DNA of 61,917 nt, counting the filler. It is 15 parts of 15 records of this genome, joined end to end, with 100 filler letters (N's around TTAATTAATTAA, not from the genome) between each part and the next. Parts side by side here need not be neighbours in the genome. Positions count along the whole stretch, not along the records: positions 44,658 to 50,628 come from SRR11831580_1924; positions 50,729 to 53,001 come from SRR11831580_1950; positions 53,102 to 55,463 come from SRR11831580_1951; positions 55,564 to 57,671 come from SRR11831580_1993; positions 57,772 to 61,917 come from SRR11831580_1996; 10 more parts are not named here. The stretch is one strand, 5' to 3'. A program made the translations under genes and the position numbers. The notes beneath the pieces were generated by a model. It did not search any database. It saw only the letters and a list, made by a program, of their open reading frames with translations, and had not been told where the DNA came from. This document shows positions 48,425-59,227 of the stretch, one piece after another (position 1 is the stretch's first letter; the number at the start of each line of letters is the position of its first letter).

Positions 48425-50521
48425 ATGGAATTGAATATTACTTCAAAGTCTAATCCGTTTGGTGATACGACAGCAGAAAATGATAAAAAGATGTTGAGTA
48501 ATGCTTTCATTGAAACTGCTGACTTTAGGACTCTAATTGAAACTGATGACAGGACCATTGTTGTTGGTAGACGAGGGACAGGTAAAAGTGCTTTATTTAT
48601 TCAGCTAAATGAGCATTGGAAGAAAGACAAAAAAATATTAATCCTGAGTTTCTCACCAGACGATTCTCAAATTATTGGTTTCAGATCAATGTTGAAACCA
48701 TTTACAGGATCATTTAATTTAGCAAGGGCAGCAACAAGACTATTATGGCGATACGCTATGCTAATGGAGATAGCATCATATATATCATCTCATTACAAAT
48801 TGTCATCTCAAATATCATCAGAAACATTGTTGAATGAACATTTGAAAAAATGGAATTCTGCACAAGGTGACATTTTAAGAAAGTGTAGGCTTGTCGCAAA
48901 GGAGTATTTAGATGAAAATAACCCAGAAGAATCAATTGGTGATCTTCAATTCAATTTGAATATCTCAGAAATAGAAAATAATATAGTATCACTTCTTGAA
49001 CGCTCAGACAGGAAAGTTGTCATATTAATGGATAAGCTAGATGAGGCGTATGAACCGGATAATATAGGAATTGGAATCATTGCAGGTCTAGCATATGCAT
49101 CTATTGAATTAAATCAAAAAGCAAAATGCATTCGTCCAATAATTTTTTTAAGGGATAATATATTTAGGTCGCTATCAAAGGAAGATCCTGATTACTCGAG
49201 AAATATAGAGGGTCAAGTCATAAGGTTGCATTGGGACTGGGCACAACTCCTAATGCTGTCAGCTAAAAGAATGAAAGTAGCATTTAAGCTAGATATTGAG
49301 AAAGATCAACGAGTTTGGGATAGATGCACAGCGGATGATCTTAAAGGGAGGAATGGTTTTAAGCGATGTTTGCAATTTACCCTTTACCGGCCCAGGGATT
49401 TACTATCATTGTTGAATGAAGCTTTTTTTTCCGCATTCAGAGAGAATAGAGAAACTATCATAAACACTGACCTAGAATATGCAGCCAAGTCAATTTCCAT
49501 GGCCAGACTTGAAGATCTCTGGAAAGAGTATCAGAAGATCTTTCCTTCAATACAGGTTATAACTAGTGCATTTCGTAGCATTGAACCTGAATTAACAGTT
49601 TATACGTGCTTAAAAAAAATAGAAGCATCTTTCGAATTAATCGAAGAAAATGGAGATCCTAAAATAACGTCTGAAATACAGTTGTTAAAGGCAAGTGGAA
49701 TTCTCCAAAGTTTGTATAGTGTAGGATTTGTTGGTATTCGTGATAAAAACACCTCATCCTATTCATTTTGCCATGACGGGCGAACTCCAGATAAAGGTTT
49801 TGAAAGTAATGAGAAATTATTAATTCATCCATGTTACTGGCTTGGTTTGAATCTAAATCGTAATGCACTTGCTCCAGAGGAAGCAGAGGAGATAAATGAC
49901 GAATATGATATTAATATTATTTCAGATAATTCAGCCATTAGAAATAAAACAATAGGTCAAATAACTACTCATCTAGATCAGATACCGATAGGAAATGAAG
50001 GTGCCACTGAATTTGAACAATGGTGTTTAGACGCACTAAGAATAGTATTTGCATCCCACCTAACAGACATCAAGTCCCATCCAAATGGTAACGCAGTTCA
50101 GAGACGAGATATTATAGGCACCAATGGTGGCAAATCTGATTTTTGGAAACGAGTATTGGAGGACTATAAAACAAGACAAGTTGTTTTTGATGCTAAAAAT
50201 TTTGAAGAATTAGGTCCATCTGAGTATAGACAATTACAATCATATTTAACAGGTCCGTATGGAAAGCTCGGTTTTATAATTAATAGAGATGAGAGTGAGG
50301 TATTGAAATCAGGAAAAGATTTAGATTGGACAAAGGAAATGTATCAATCCCATAATTCATTAATAATAAAGTTACCTGCGAAATATATATCTAAACTGCT
50401 GCAGAAATTAAGAAATCCTGAAAAACATGACGCTATAGATAGACAGATGGGGAAACTTTTAACTTTATATGAAACATCATATATGGCTATTAAAAGCACC
50501 CAAAAGAAAAGAAGAAAATAA
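48425..50521 (+). CDS. tnpX: Tn1000 cargo protein TnpX: P-loop NTPase fused to a C-terminal PD-(D/E)xK-like nuclease
   Basis: Walker A GRRGTGKS (48566-48589), Walker B VVILMDKLDE, RPRD, and C-terminal FEQWC...RRDII...VVFDAKN; AT-rich. ATG 48425 follows AAGG; the ORF track uses TTG 48419. Confidence 0.88.
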   Translation: MELNITSKSNPFGDTTAENDKKMLSNAFIETADFRTLIETDDRTIVVGRRGTGKSALFIQLNEHWKKDKKILILSFSPDDSQIIGFRSMLKPFTGSFNLARAATRLLWRYAMLMEIASYISSHYKLSSQISSETLLNEHLKKWNSAQGDILRKCRLVAKEYLDENNPEESIGDLQFNLNISEIENNIVSLLERSDRKVVILMDKLDEAYEPDNIGIGIIAGLAYASIELNQKAKCIRPIIFLRDNIFRSLSKEDPDYSRNIEGQVIRLHWDWAQLLMLSAKRMKVAFKLDIEKDQRVWDRCTADDLKGRNGFKRCLQFTLYRPRDLLSLLNEAFFSAFRENRETIINTDLEYAAKSISMARLEDLWKEYQKIFPSIQVITSAFRSIEPELTVYTCLKKIEASFELIEENGDPKITSEIQLLKASGILQSLYSVGFVGIRDKNTSSYSFCHDGRTPDKGFESNEKLLIHPCYWLGLNLNRNALAPEEAEEINDEYDINIISDNSAIRNKTIGQITTHLDQIPIGNEGATEFEQWCLDALRIVFASHLTDIKSHPNGNAVQRRDIIGTNGGKSDFWKRVLEDYKTRQVVFDAKNFEELGPSEYRQLQSYLTGPYGKLGFIINRDESEVLKSGKDLDWTKEMYQSHNSLIIKLPAKYISKLLQKLRNPEKHDAIDRQMGKLLTLYETSYMAIKSTQKKRRK

Positions 50522-50542
50522 AATCAGCTACAACATACGAAA

Positions 50543-50564
50543 GGGTCCCTGAAAAGGGACCTTT
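50543..50564 (+). terminator. Terminator after tnpX
   Basis: GGTCCCT-GAAA-AGGGACC followed by TTT. Confidence 0.7.
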
Positions 50565-50578
50565 GTATACTGTATTAT

Positions 50579-50591
50579 AATCAATAAGTTA
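50579..50591 (+). promoter_or_regulatory. IHF site next to the Tn1000 end
   Basis: AATCAATAAGTTA matches WATCAANNNNTTR. Confidence 0.7.
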
Positions 50592-50598
50592 TACCATA

Positions 50599-50628
50599 AA
50601 CGTACGTTTTCGTTCCATTGGCCCTCAA
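50599..50628 (-). repeat. Tn1000 terminal inverted repeat (tnpX side)
   Basis: Exact reverse complement of 44658-44687. Confidence 0.97.
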
Positions 50629-50728
50629 NNNNNNNNNNNNNNNNNNNNNNNNNNNNNNNNNNNNNNNNNNNNTTAATTAATTAANNNNNNNNNNNNNNNN
50701 NNNNNNNNNNNNNNNNNNNNNNNNNNNN

Positions 50729-51883
50729 AAAAAATTGTTATTTTTATCAATTAGCCATTTATTCGTATTAAATCTGTTAATAAAATCGATCATCTGTTGG
50801 GTATCGAAATTCACCTCACTGAATCGATGTTGACGCATAAAATCATCGAACTTGTTATCTTCATCAGAATGGATATAACTGCGTATAATGGGATCTTTTA
50901 TATAAGGACAATGGCTAAATATTTTCTTCATATTCTCAATAAAGTTTTATTAACAATATTAAGTATTTTAATTGCATCACCAGTTTTACGGCCAGAACGG
51001 ATTTCAATATCATTGCATTATCTGGCAATGTATCAATCATTTTTATAATGTTATTGATATAACCATCGAGATCTTCATTCCAAAATATATCTGAATAATC
51101 AATAGTTAATTCCAATTGTTCTGTAATGCAATCTTTAAAATTCCCTGTCGACATTCGCACATAATCAAACATAACAGCTGTCAAATTCGATTTAATAAAT
51201 GATATTTCTTTGGCAGACAGAAACTCTGCTCTGGTGAAGTGCGAAGCGTAAAGATAACAATTATCGAAGTTTGAATTTCTAATCTGACATTCGCGAAAAT
51301 TACTATGACCAAGTTGACTCTGCGAGAAGTCAACTGTATCAAGAATATTTTTGCTGAAATCGACACATTCACCACTCGCTTTGATAAAAATCACATTGTG
51401 TAAACGTCGACATCTAAATATGACATTATCAACTATTGCAGTAGTAAAATTGCAATCCCCAATTTCTTTACATTCGAATGTTACATGTTGTAGATTTGAT
51501 GATAAAAAAGACACCTTCGATATAACGTCACCTTTAAAATGACAACTTGTTAAATCCAAATCAGACAGGTCGATATACCCCTGCGCATCTTTATCCATCA
51601 GAAAATTGCAAGCGCATTCAATTTTTTTCATTTCTGTAGAATTTTACACTTATAGTATCATTACTGATTGAGACTTCACGAAACATATTTATTGCATGAT
51701 TTTTTCGTTCCGTTGTTTTATATTTGAAAAAATATTGCTGATATAAATAAAGTTATCTCTGTTTAAACCTGGCACCCCATTTAAATTACGTAGTAAATCA
51801 AGATCTACTATATTATTTCCTTGCACCACATCATGTTTCATCAAAGAGTTATTGCCGCCAGAATTTAGGATATGACTTATCAT
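50729..51883 (-). pseudogene. yjbI: Pentapeptide-repeat protein gene yjbI, broken by several A-run frameshifts and truncated by the contig end
   Basis: Fragments 51689-51883, 50936-51631 (pentapeptide-like repeats) and 50729-50931 join up through single-base changes in A runs; very AT-rich; downstream of malM. Confidence 0.8.
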
Positions 51884-52053
51884 AAAACCTCTGCATAACA
51901 GAAATAAAATAACCTGGAAAAGTAGCCTGAATGTCCAGACACTACCGGCGAAAGGAAAAGAATCTCTGATAAGGCATTGAGATAATGGATATTCTTAGTG
52001 AAGAAGAAGTGAGTTACTATAAAAAATCGCTCATATCCCAGGAAGGAAGCATA

Positions 52054-52080
52054 AAAAAAGGTGCGCCAGGAGACGCACCA
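52054..52080 (-). terminator. Terminator after malM
   Basis: GGTGCG-ccaggaga-CGCACC hairpin with an A-run on + (U-tract on -). Confidence 0.7.
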
Positions 52081-52111
52081 GTTGTTGCAAAATCAGCACT
52101 GTGGGGCGTAA

Positions 52112-53001
52112 TTACCCCTTGCCTTTTACACTGCTGATAAAGGTGGAACGGGCAGATGTCGATCCCAGGCGTTCAGCTTCATCAAGCAGTTTTAACGCCT
52201 TATCAACATCACCTTTCGCGACAGCGTTTTTGATCGCGGTATTAAAATAACTTTCCGTGTCGTTGAGCATCGGCTCGCTTTTCTTCACCGGTGCCGGAGC
52301 GGGTGCAGCCACAGCTGGTGCCGCCGTGTTACCTACCGTAACCGGAGCTGGAGCGGAAGAACCAAATAAAGGTCCTACCAACACGCTGGAGCTGGAGTTC
52401 GTTTTCACTTTCAGTTTCAGTAAGCCATCGGTGGTATGACGAGCAACCGGATCGGGGATATCCGGGATCGAGTTACCGACGCCCTTGGCATAGGCTTTAG
52501 CCGGGTCGAGCAGTTGGGTCGTCTGCTGGAGATCTTTTTCCGTGGTAAAGACCAGAACATAAAGTTTTTGCTGCCCCAACGCCGGTGTCAGGCGCATAAC
52601 GCCTTCCAGCCGATCTGCACTCATCACGCCTGGTTCCTGGTAGGTGAAATAACTGCTGGGGAAGAAGGCTGATGGGGTCATGTTCTGATCAAGAATCAGC
52701 ACGTTCGGCGCAAAAACGCTGGTTTGTTTGTTCACTTCGCTGGTCAGCGTCAGGGTCAGTTCGCCAATGTTTGCCGGGACGCTGTACGCAGCAACCGGAC
52801 CACTGATGCCGGGAACGTTCAGTTGTTGGCCGCCGGTCGCCAGTTGGGTGGTCTGGGTTTTAGATTGATCGACCGGTGTCCAGGTGAGTTGTTGCAGCGC
52901 AACAGATGGAATGGCTGGCGCGTCGCTGGTGTTTTGCGGTACGTAGTTAACATCGGCAAGGCTAATTCCAGGCGCGCTTGCCAGTAACCCTGCTGATAAA
53001 C
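52112..53001 (-). CDS. malM: Maltose regulon periplasmic protein MalM, 5'-truncated
   Basis: Open frame from the contig edge; Ala/Pro linker APAVAAPAPAP; ends ...SSVKGKG. Confidence 0.93.
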
Positions 53002-53101
53002 NNNNNNNNNNNNNNNNNNNNNNNNNNNNNNNNNNNNNNNNNNNNTTAATTAATTAANNNNNNNNNNNNNNNNNNNNNNNNNNNNNNNNNNNNNNNNNNN
53101 N

Positions 53102-55191
53102 CTTATATCATCTTTACCTCTGGCTCCACCGGCAGGCCGAAAGGGGTAATGGTCGGGCAGACGGCTATCGTCAACCGCCTGCTTTGGATGCAAAATCATT
53201 ATCCGCTTACAGGCGAAGATGTCGTTGCCCAAAAAACGCCGTGCAGTTTTGATGTCTCGGTGTGGGAGTTTTTCTGGCCGTTTATCGCAGGGGCAAAACT
53301 GGTGATGGCTGAACCGGAAGCGCACCGCGACCCGCTCGCTATGCAGCAATTCTTTGCCGAATATGGCGTAACGACCACGCACTTTGTGCCGTCGATGCTG
53401 GCGGCATTTGTTGCCTCGCTGACGCCGCAAACCGCTCGCCAGAGTTGCGCGACGTTGAAACAGGTTTTCTGTAGTGGTGAGGCCTTACCGGCTGATTTAT
53501 GCCGCGAATGGCAACAGTTAACTGGCGCGCCGTTGCATAATCTATATGGCCCGACGGAAGCGGCGGTAGATGTCAGCTGGTATCCGGCTTTTGGCGAGGA
53601 ACTGGCACAGGTGCGCGGCAGCAGTGTGCCGATTGGTTATCCGGTATGGAATACGGGTCTGCGTATTCTTGATGCGATGATGCATCCGGTGCCGCCGGGT
53701 GTGGCGGGTGATCTCTATCTCACTGGCATTCAACTGGCGCAGGGCTATCTCGGACGCCCCGATCTGACCGCCAGCCGCTTTATTGCCGATCCTTTTGCCC
53801 CAGGTGAACGGATGTACCGTACCGGAGACGTTGCCCGCTGGCTGGATAACGGCGCGGTGGAGTACCTCGGGCGCAGTGATGATCAGCTAAAAATTCGCGG
53901 GCAGCGTATCGAACTGGGCGAAATCGATCGCGTGATGCAGGCGCTGCCGGATGTCGAACAAGCCGTTACCCACGCCTGTGTGATTAACCAGGCGGCTGCC
54001 ACCGGTGGTGATGCGCGTCAATTGGTGGGCTATCTGGTGTCGCAATCGGGCCTGCCGTTGGATACCAGCGCATTGCAGGCGCAGCTTCGTGAAACATTGC
54101 CACCACATATGGTACCGGTGGTTCTGCTGCAACTTCCACAGTTACCACTTAGCGCCAACGGCAAGCTGGATCGCAAAGCCTTACCGTTGCCTGAACTGAA
54201 GGCACAAGCGCCAGGGCGTGCGCCGAAAGCGGGCAGTGAAACGATTATCGCCGCGGCATTCTCGTCGTTGCTGGGGTGTGACGTGCAGGATGCCGATGCT
54301 GATTTCTTCGCGCTTGGCGGTCATTCGCTACTGGCAATGAAACTGGCAGCGCAGTTAAGTCGGCAGGTTGCCCGCCAGGTGACGCCGGGGCAAGTGATGG
54401 TCGCGTCAACTGTCGCCAAACTGGCAACGATTATTGATGCTGAAGAAGACAGCACCCGGCGTATGGGATTCGAAACCATTCTGCCGTTGCGTGAAGGTAA
54501 TGGCCCGACGCTGTTTTGTTTCCATCCTGCGTCCGGTTTTGCCTGGCAGTTCAGCGTGCTCTCGCGTTATCTCGATCCACAATGGTCGATTATCGGCATT
54601 CAGTCACCGCGCCCCAATGGCCCCATGCAGACGGCGGCAAACCTGGATGAAGTCTGCGAAGCGCATCTGGCAACGTTACTTGAACAACAACCGCATGGCC
54701 CTTATTACCTGCTGGGGTATTCCCTTGGCGGTACGCTGGCGCAGGGTATTGCGGCGCGACTGCGTGCCCGTGGCGAACAGGTGGCATTTCTTGGCTTGCT
54801 GGATACCTGGCCGCCAGAAACGCAAAACTGGCAGGAAAAAGAAGCTAATGGTCTGGACCCGGAAGTGCTGGCGGAGATTAACCGCGAACGCGAGGCCTTC
54901 CTGGCAGCACAGCAGGGAAGTACTTCAACGGAGTTGTTTACCACCATTGAAGGCAACTACGCTGATGCTGTGCGCCTGCTGACGACTGCTCATAGCGTAC
55001 CGTTTGACGGTAAAGCGACGCTGTTTGTTGCTGAACGCACACTTCAGGAAGGTATGAGTCCCGAACGCGCCTGGTCGCCGTGGATAGCGGAGCTGGATAT
55101 CTATCGTCAGGATTGTGCGCATGTGGATATTATCTCTCCAGGGACGTTTGAAAAAATTGGGCCGATTATTCGCGCAACGCTAAACAGGTAA
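53102..55191 (+). CDS. entF: Enterobactin NRPS EntF, 3' part (A-T-TE domains)
   Basis: YIIFTSGSTGRPKG, YGPTE, GGHSL carrier Ser, GYSLG thioesterase. Confidence 0.97.
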
Positions 55192-55206
55192 ATTAATATT
55201 ATTTAT

Positions 55207-55242
55207 AAACCCATAATTACAGAAAATAATTATGGGTTTTTT
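55207..55242 (+). terminator. Hairpin/terminator after entF
   Basis: AAACCCATAATTA-N7-TAATTATGGGTTT then T's. Confidence 0.7.
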
Positions 55243-55406
55243 ATTTGTTTGATTTATAGGTTTGATGAATATTTCTCTTAAATAGAGTGAATGTTGCATT
55301 CAGTGGAAGGAATTTACAAACTTCAGCTTCGGATAATTATCACCAACTGGTAAAGTGAGCGCCGTGGAGATTTCCCCCTATTGGACTCATTTTCAGGTTA
55401 TACCCC

Positions 55407-55463
55407 ATGTCATCACTGAATATTAAACAGGGAAGTGACGCTCATTTTCCCGATTATCCTCTG
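55407..55463 (+). CDS. fepE: Wzz-like chain-length regulator FepE, first codons
   Basis: MSSLNIKQGSDAHFPDYPL after entF. Confidence 0.8.
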
Positions 55464-55563
55464 NNNNNNNNNNNNNNNNNNNNNNNNNNNNNNNNNNNNN
55501 NNNNNNNTTAATTAATTAANNNNNNNNNNNNNNNNNNNNNNNNNNNNNNNNNNNNNNNNNNNN

Positions 55564-55670
55564 AAAATTCTGTTACCGATTTACTGTTTGTTGGCCTTGT
55601 GCAACTCAATGATGTGGAGTCATTGAAAATGATTCAGCGCAGCAGTGAGCTAACACAACGCCTGAAATGA
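55564..55670 (+). CDS. murR: RpiR-family regulator MurR, 3' end
   Basis: ...[34 protein letters not shown] upstream of ucpA. Confidence 0.75.
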
Positions 55671-55798
55671 TGCATAAAGCAGCGACTGGATTGAGATTTT
55701 CCTGAATTAGTGAGCTGATCCGCAGCAATATTTTGTTTATCCTGTATTTTCAGAGGGAATGGAGTGTAACGCTCTGTATTAACAAGGAGAGCATTAAA

Positions 55799-56590
55799 AT
55801 GGGTAAACTCACGGGCAAGACAGCACTGATTACGGGCGCATTGCAGGGAATTGGCGAAGGAATTGCCAGAACTTTTGCACGTCATGGCGCGAACCTAATC
55901 TTGCTGGATATCTCCCCTGAGATCGAAAAGCTGGCGGACGAACTGTGTGGTCGTGGTCATCGCTGTACGGCGGTTGTCGCCGATGTGCGTGACCCGGCGT
56001 CGGTAGCCGCAGCTATCAAACGCGCGAAGGAAAAAGAAGGGCGCATTGATATCCTGGTGAATAACGCAGGCGTTTGTCGTCTGGGCAGTTTCCTCGATAT
56101 GAGCGATGACGATCGCGATTTCCATATTGACATCAATATTAAAGGCGTATGGAACGTCACGAAGGCGGTGCTGCCGGAGATGATTGCCCGCAAAGATGGT
56201 CGCATTGTGATGATGTCTTCAGTCACTGGTGATATGGTGGCCGATCCTGGCGAAACGGCGTACGCCTTAACGAAAGCGGCGATTGTTGGCCTGACAAAAT
56301 CGCTGGCGGTGGAGTACGCGCAGTCTGGTATTCGCGTTAACGCCATTTGCCCGGGATACGTGCGCACACCAATGGCGGAAAGCATTGCCCGCCAGTCGAA
56401 CCCGGAAGATCCAGAGTCGGTGCTGACTGAAATGGCGAAAGCAATCCCGATGCGTCGCCTCGCCGATCCGCTGGAAGTCGGCGAACTGGCGGCCTTCCTC
56501 GCATCGGATGAATCCAGCTATTTAACCGGTACACAGAATGTGATTGATGGCGGCAGCACACTGCCGGAGACGGTTAGCGTCGGTATCTGA
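55799..56590 (+). CDS. ucpA: SDR oxidoreductase UcpA
   Basis: TGALQGIG, NNAG, YALTK; 263 aa. Confidence 0.95.
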   Translation: MGKLTGKTALITGALQGIGEGIARTFARHGANLILLDISPEIEKLADELCGRGHRCTAVVADVRDPASVAAAIKRAKEKEGRIDILVNNAGVCRLGSFLDMSDDDRDFHIDINIKGVWNVTKAVLPEMIARKDGRIVMMSSVTGDMVADPGETAYALTKAAIVGLTKSLAVEYAQSGIRVNAICPGYVRTPMAESIARQSNPEDPESVLTEMAKAIPMRRLADPLEVGELAAFLASDESSYLTGTQNVIDGGSTLPETVSVGI

Positions 56591-56893
56591 TTCACCTCTG
56601 TTTCCTCCCTGCATTTGTGGGGAGGATTTCGTCTTGAACTAAGTTCACCAGGCTATTTTATTTGTCATTTTGGCCCCGGGCAGTGCTCGAAATCCTCACG
56701 TACTATGTGTACGCTCCGGTTTCTCCGCGCTGTTCGTGTCCAAACTGACTGCAACAATTACGCCTGTTGAACCAAGTTCTTATTCCCTTTTCAACTTCCA
56801 AATCACCAAACGGTATATAAAACCGTTACTCCTTTCACGTCCGTTATAAATATGATGGCTATTAGAAAGTCATTAAATTTATAAGGGTGCGCA

Positions 56894-57671
56894 ATGGCCG
56901 TTAACTTACTGAAAAAGAACTCACTCGCGCTGGTCGCTTCTCTGCTGCTGGCGGGCCATGTACAGGCAACGGAACTGCTGAACAGTTCTTATGACGTCTC
57001 CCGCGAGCTGTTTGCCGCCCTGAATCCGCCGTTTGAGCAACAATGGGCAAAAGATAACGGCGGCGACAAACTGACGATAAAACAATCTCATGCCGGGTCA
57101 TCAAAACAGGCGCTGGCGATTTTACAGGGCTTAAAAGCCGACGTTGTCACTTATAACCAGGTGACCGACGTACAAATCCTGCACGATAAAGGCAAGCTGA
57201 TCCCGGCCGACTGGCAGTCGCGCCTGCCGAATAATAGCTCGCCGTTCTACTCCACCATGGGCTTCCTGGTGCGTAAGGGTAACCCGAAGAATATCCACGA
57301 TTGGAACGACCTGGTGCGCTCCGACGTGAAGCTGATTTTCCCGAACCCGAAAACGTCGGGTAACGCGCGTTATACCTATCTGGCGGCATGGGGCGCAGCG
57401 GATAAAGCTGACGGTGGTGACAAAGGCAAAACCGAACAGTTTATGACCCAGTTCCTGAAAAACGTTGAAGTGTTCGATACTGGCGGTCGTGGCGCGACCA
57501 CCACTTTTGCCGAGCGCGGCCTGGGCGATGTGCTGATTAGCTTCGAATCGGAAGTGAACAACATCCGTAAACAGTATGAAGCGCAGGGCTTTGAAGTGGT
57601 GATTCCGAAAACCAACATTCTGGCGGAATTCCCGGTGGCGTGGGTTGATAAAAACGTGCAGGCCAACGGTA
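56894..57671 (+). CDS. cysP: Thiosulfate-binding protein CysP, 3'-truncated
   Basis: [28 protein letters not shown]. Confidence 0.96.
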
Positions 57672-57771
57672 NNNNNNNNNNNNNNNNNNNNNNNNNNNNN
57701 NNNNNNNNNNNNNNNTTAATTAATTAANNNNNNNNNNNNNNNNNNNNNNNNNNNNNNNNNNNNNNNNNNNN

Positions 57772-58306
57772 CGTCACCAATCGCCTGTTTCACTGCTGCA
57801 GCTTCTTCTTCGGTATCTTTTGGCAAATCCAGGGTGATAATTTGCTCGCGCGGCACGCCCAGCGATTGCGCAACTCTGGCACCTACTTCCGCTGTACTCA
57901 CCGTATTGGTTTTTGCTACGCCTCCCGTGAAGATCAGTTTTGATCCCGGATTTTCGCGCCATAAGCGAATACCTTCATTCAGGCGTGGCAGACTGTTATT
58001 GATTAAATTAGAGCTCGGTGCCCACTGCGGGTTCCAGGTATAACCACCTCCGAGCACCACGATATAGTCCACTTTTTGCGAATTATTCCATGTCGGATAG
58101 GTGCTTTCGATGGGACGCAGCAGGCGGTCGGCTACCGGTTGCAAACTCAATAACAAGAGCGCCAGCCACCCAATGCTAATAAAAATCTTCCCGGTTTTTT
58201 GAAAACGGCTAAACCACAGCAGCGCCAGGCCAGCGCCAATAATCAACAACATCAGCGGAAGTGGCAGCAACATATTGCCAATCACTTTTTTCAGTGTAAA
58301 AAGCAT
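57772..58306 (-). CDS. elyC: Envelope biogenesis factor ElyC (DUF218), 5' part
   Basis: YIVVLGGG, LIFTGG, DTEEEA. Confidence 0.92.
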
Positions 58307-58441
58307 CCTTTCTGGTTCCTTTTTTAACCATATAGCAAGGGATCGCCAGCGATATTACACCAGACGGGTTCATTCTCGCCGTGGCTGTGACAAAATAGCG
58401 TCTTTATCAGAAAACGTCTTAGCCAACCGGTGGAGAAAGCA

Positions 58442-59227
58442 ATGCAGGATCGCAATTTTGATGATATTGCGGAAAAGTTTTCCCGTAACATTTACGGCAC
58501 CACCAAAGGGCAGCTTCGACAGGCTATTCTGTGGCAGGATCTCGATCGCGTGCTGGCGGAAATGGGCCCGCAAAAACTGCGTGTGCTGGATGCTGGCGGT
58601 GGAGAAGGGCAGACCGCAATCAAAATGGCCGAGCGTGGGCATCAGGTCATTTTATGCGATCTTTCTGCGCAGATGATCGACCGCGCAAAACAGGCGGCAG
58701 AAGCAAAAGGTGTGAGCGACAACATGCAATTTATACATTGCGCCGCTCAGGATGTTGCTTCGCATTTGGAAACGCCCGTTGATCTGATATTGTTCCATGC
58801 GGTGCTCGAGTGGGTGGCTGATCCCCGCAGCGTATTGCAGACCCTCTGGTCAGTGTTGCGTCCAGGCGGCGTGTTGTCGTTAATGTTCTACAATGCGCAT
58901 GGTTTGTTGATGCATAACATGGTCGCCGGGAATTTTGATTACGTGCAGGCGGGAATGCCGAAAAAGAAAAAACGGACGCTTTCGCCAGATTATCCACGCG
59001 ACCCGGCGCAGGTTTATCTGTGGCTGGAAGAAGCTGGTTGGCAAATTATGGGTAAGACAGGCGTTCGCGTGTTTCATGATTATCTGCGCGAGAAACACCA
59101 GCAGCGCGACTGCTATGAAGCATTACTTGAATTAGAAACGCGTTATTGCCGTCAGGAACCGTATATTACCCTGGGGCGTTATATTCATGTCACCGCGCGC
59201 AAACCGCAGAGCAAGGATAAAGTATGA
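58442..59227 (+). CDS. cmoM: tRNA cmo5U methyltransferase CmoM (SmtA)
   Basis: [12 protein letters not shown] motif; 261 aa; upstream of mukF. Confidence 0.95.

Noticed and set aside
56705-56770. 21-codon ORF with three Cys (MCTLRFLRAVRVQTDCNNYAC) upstream of cysP, as a cysteine-sensing leader peptide
   Set aside because: It has no Shine-Dalgarno or attenuator hairpin and ends upstream of the likely cysP -10 (TATGAT near 56851), so it would not be in the leader.
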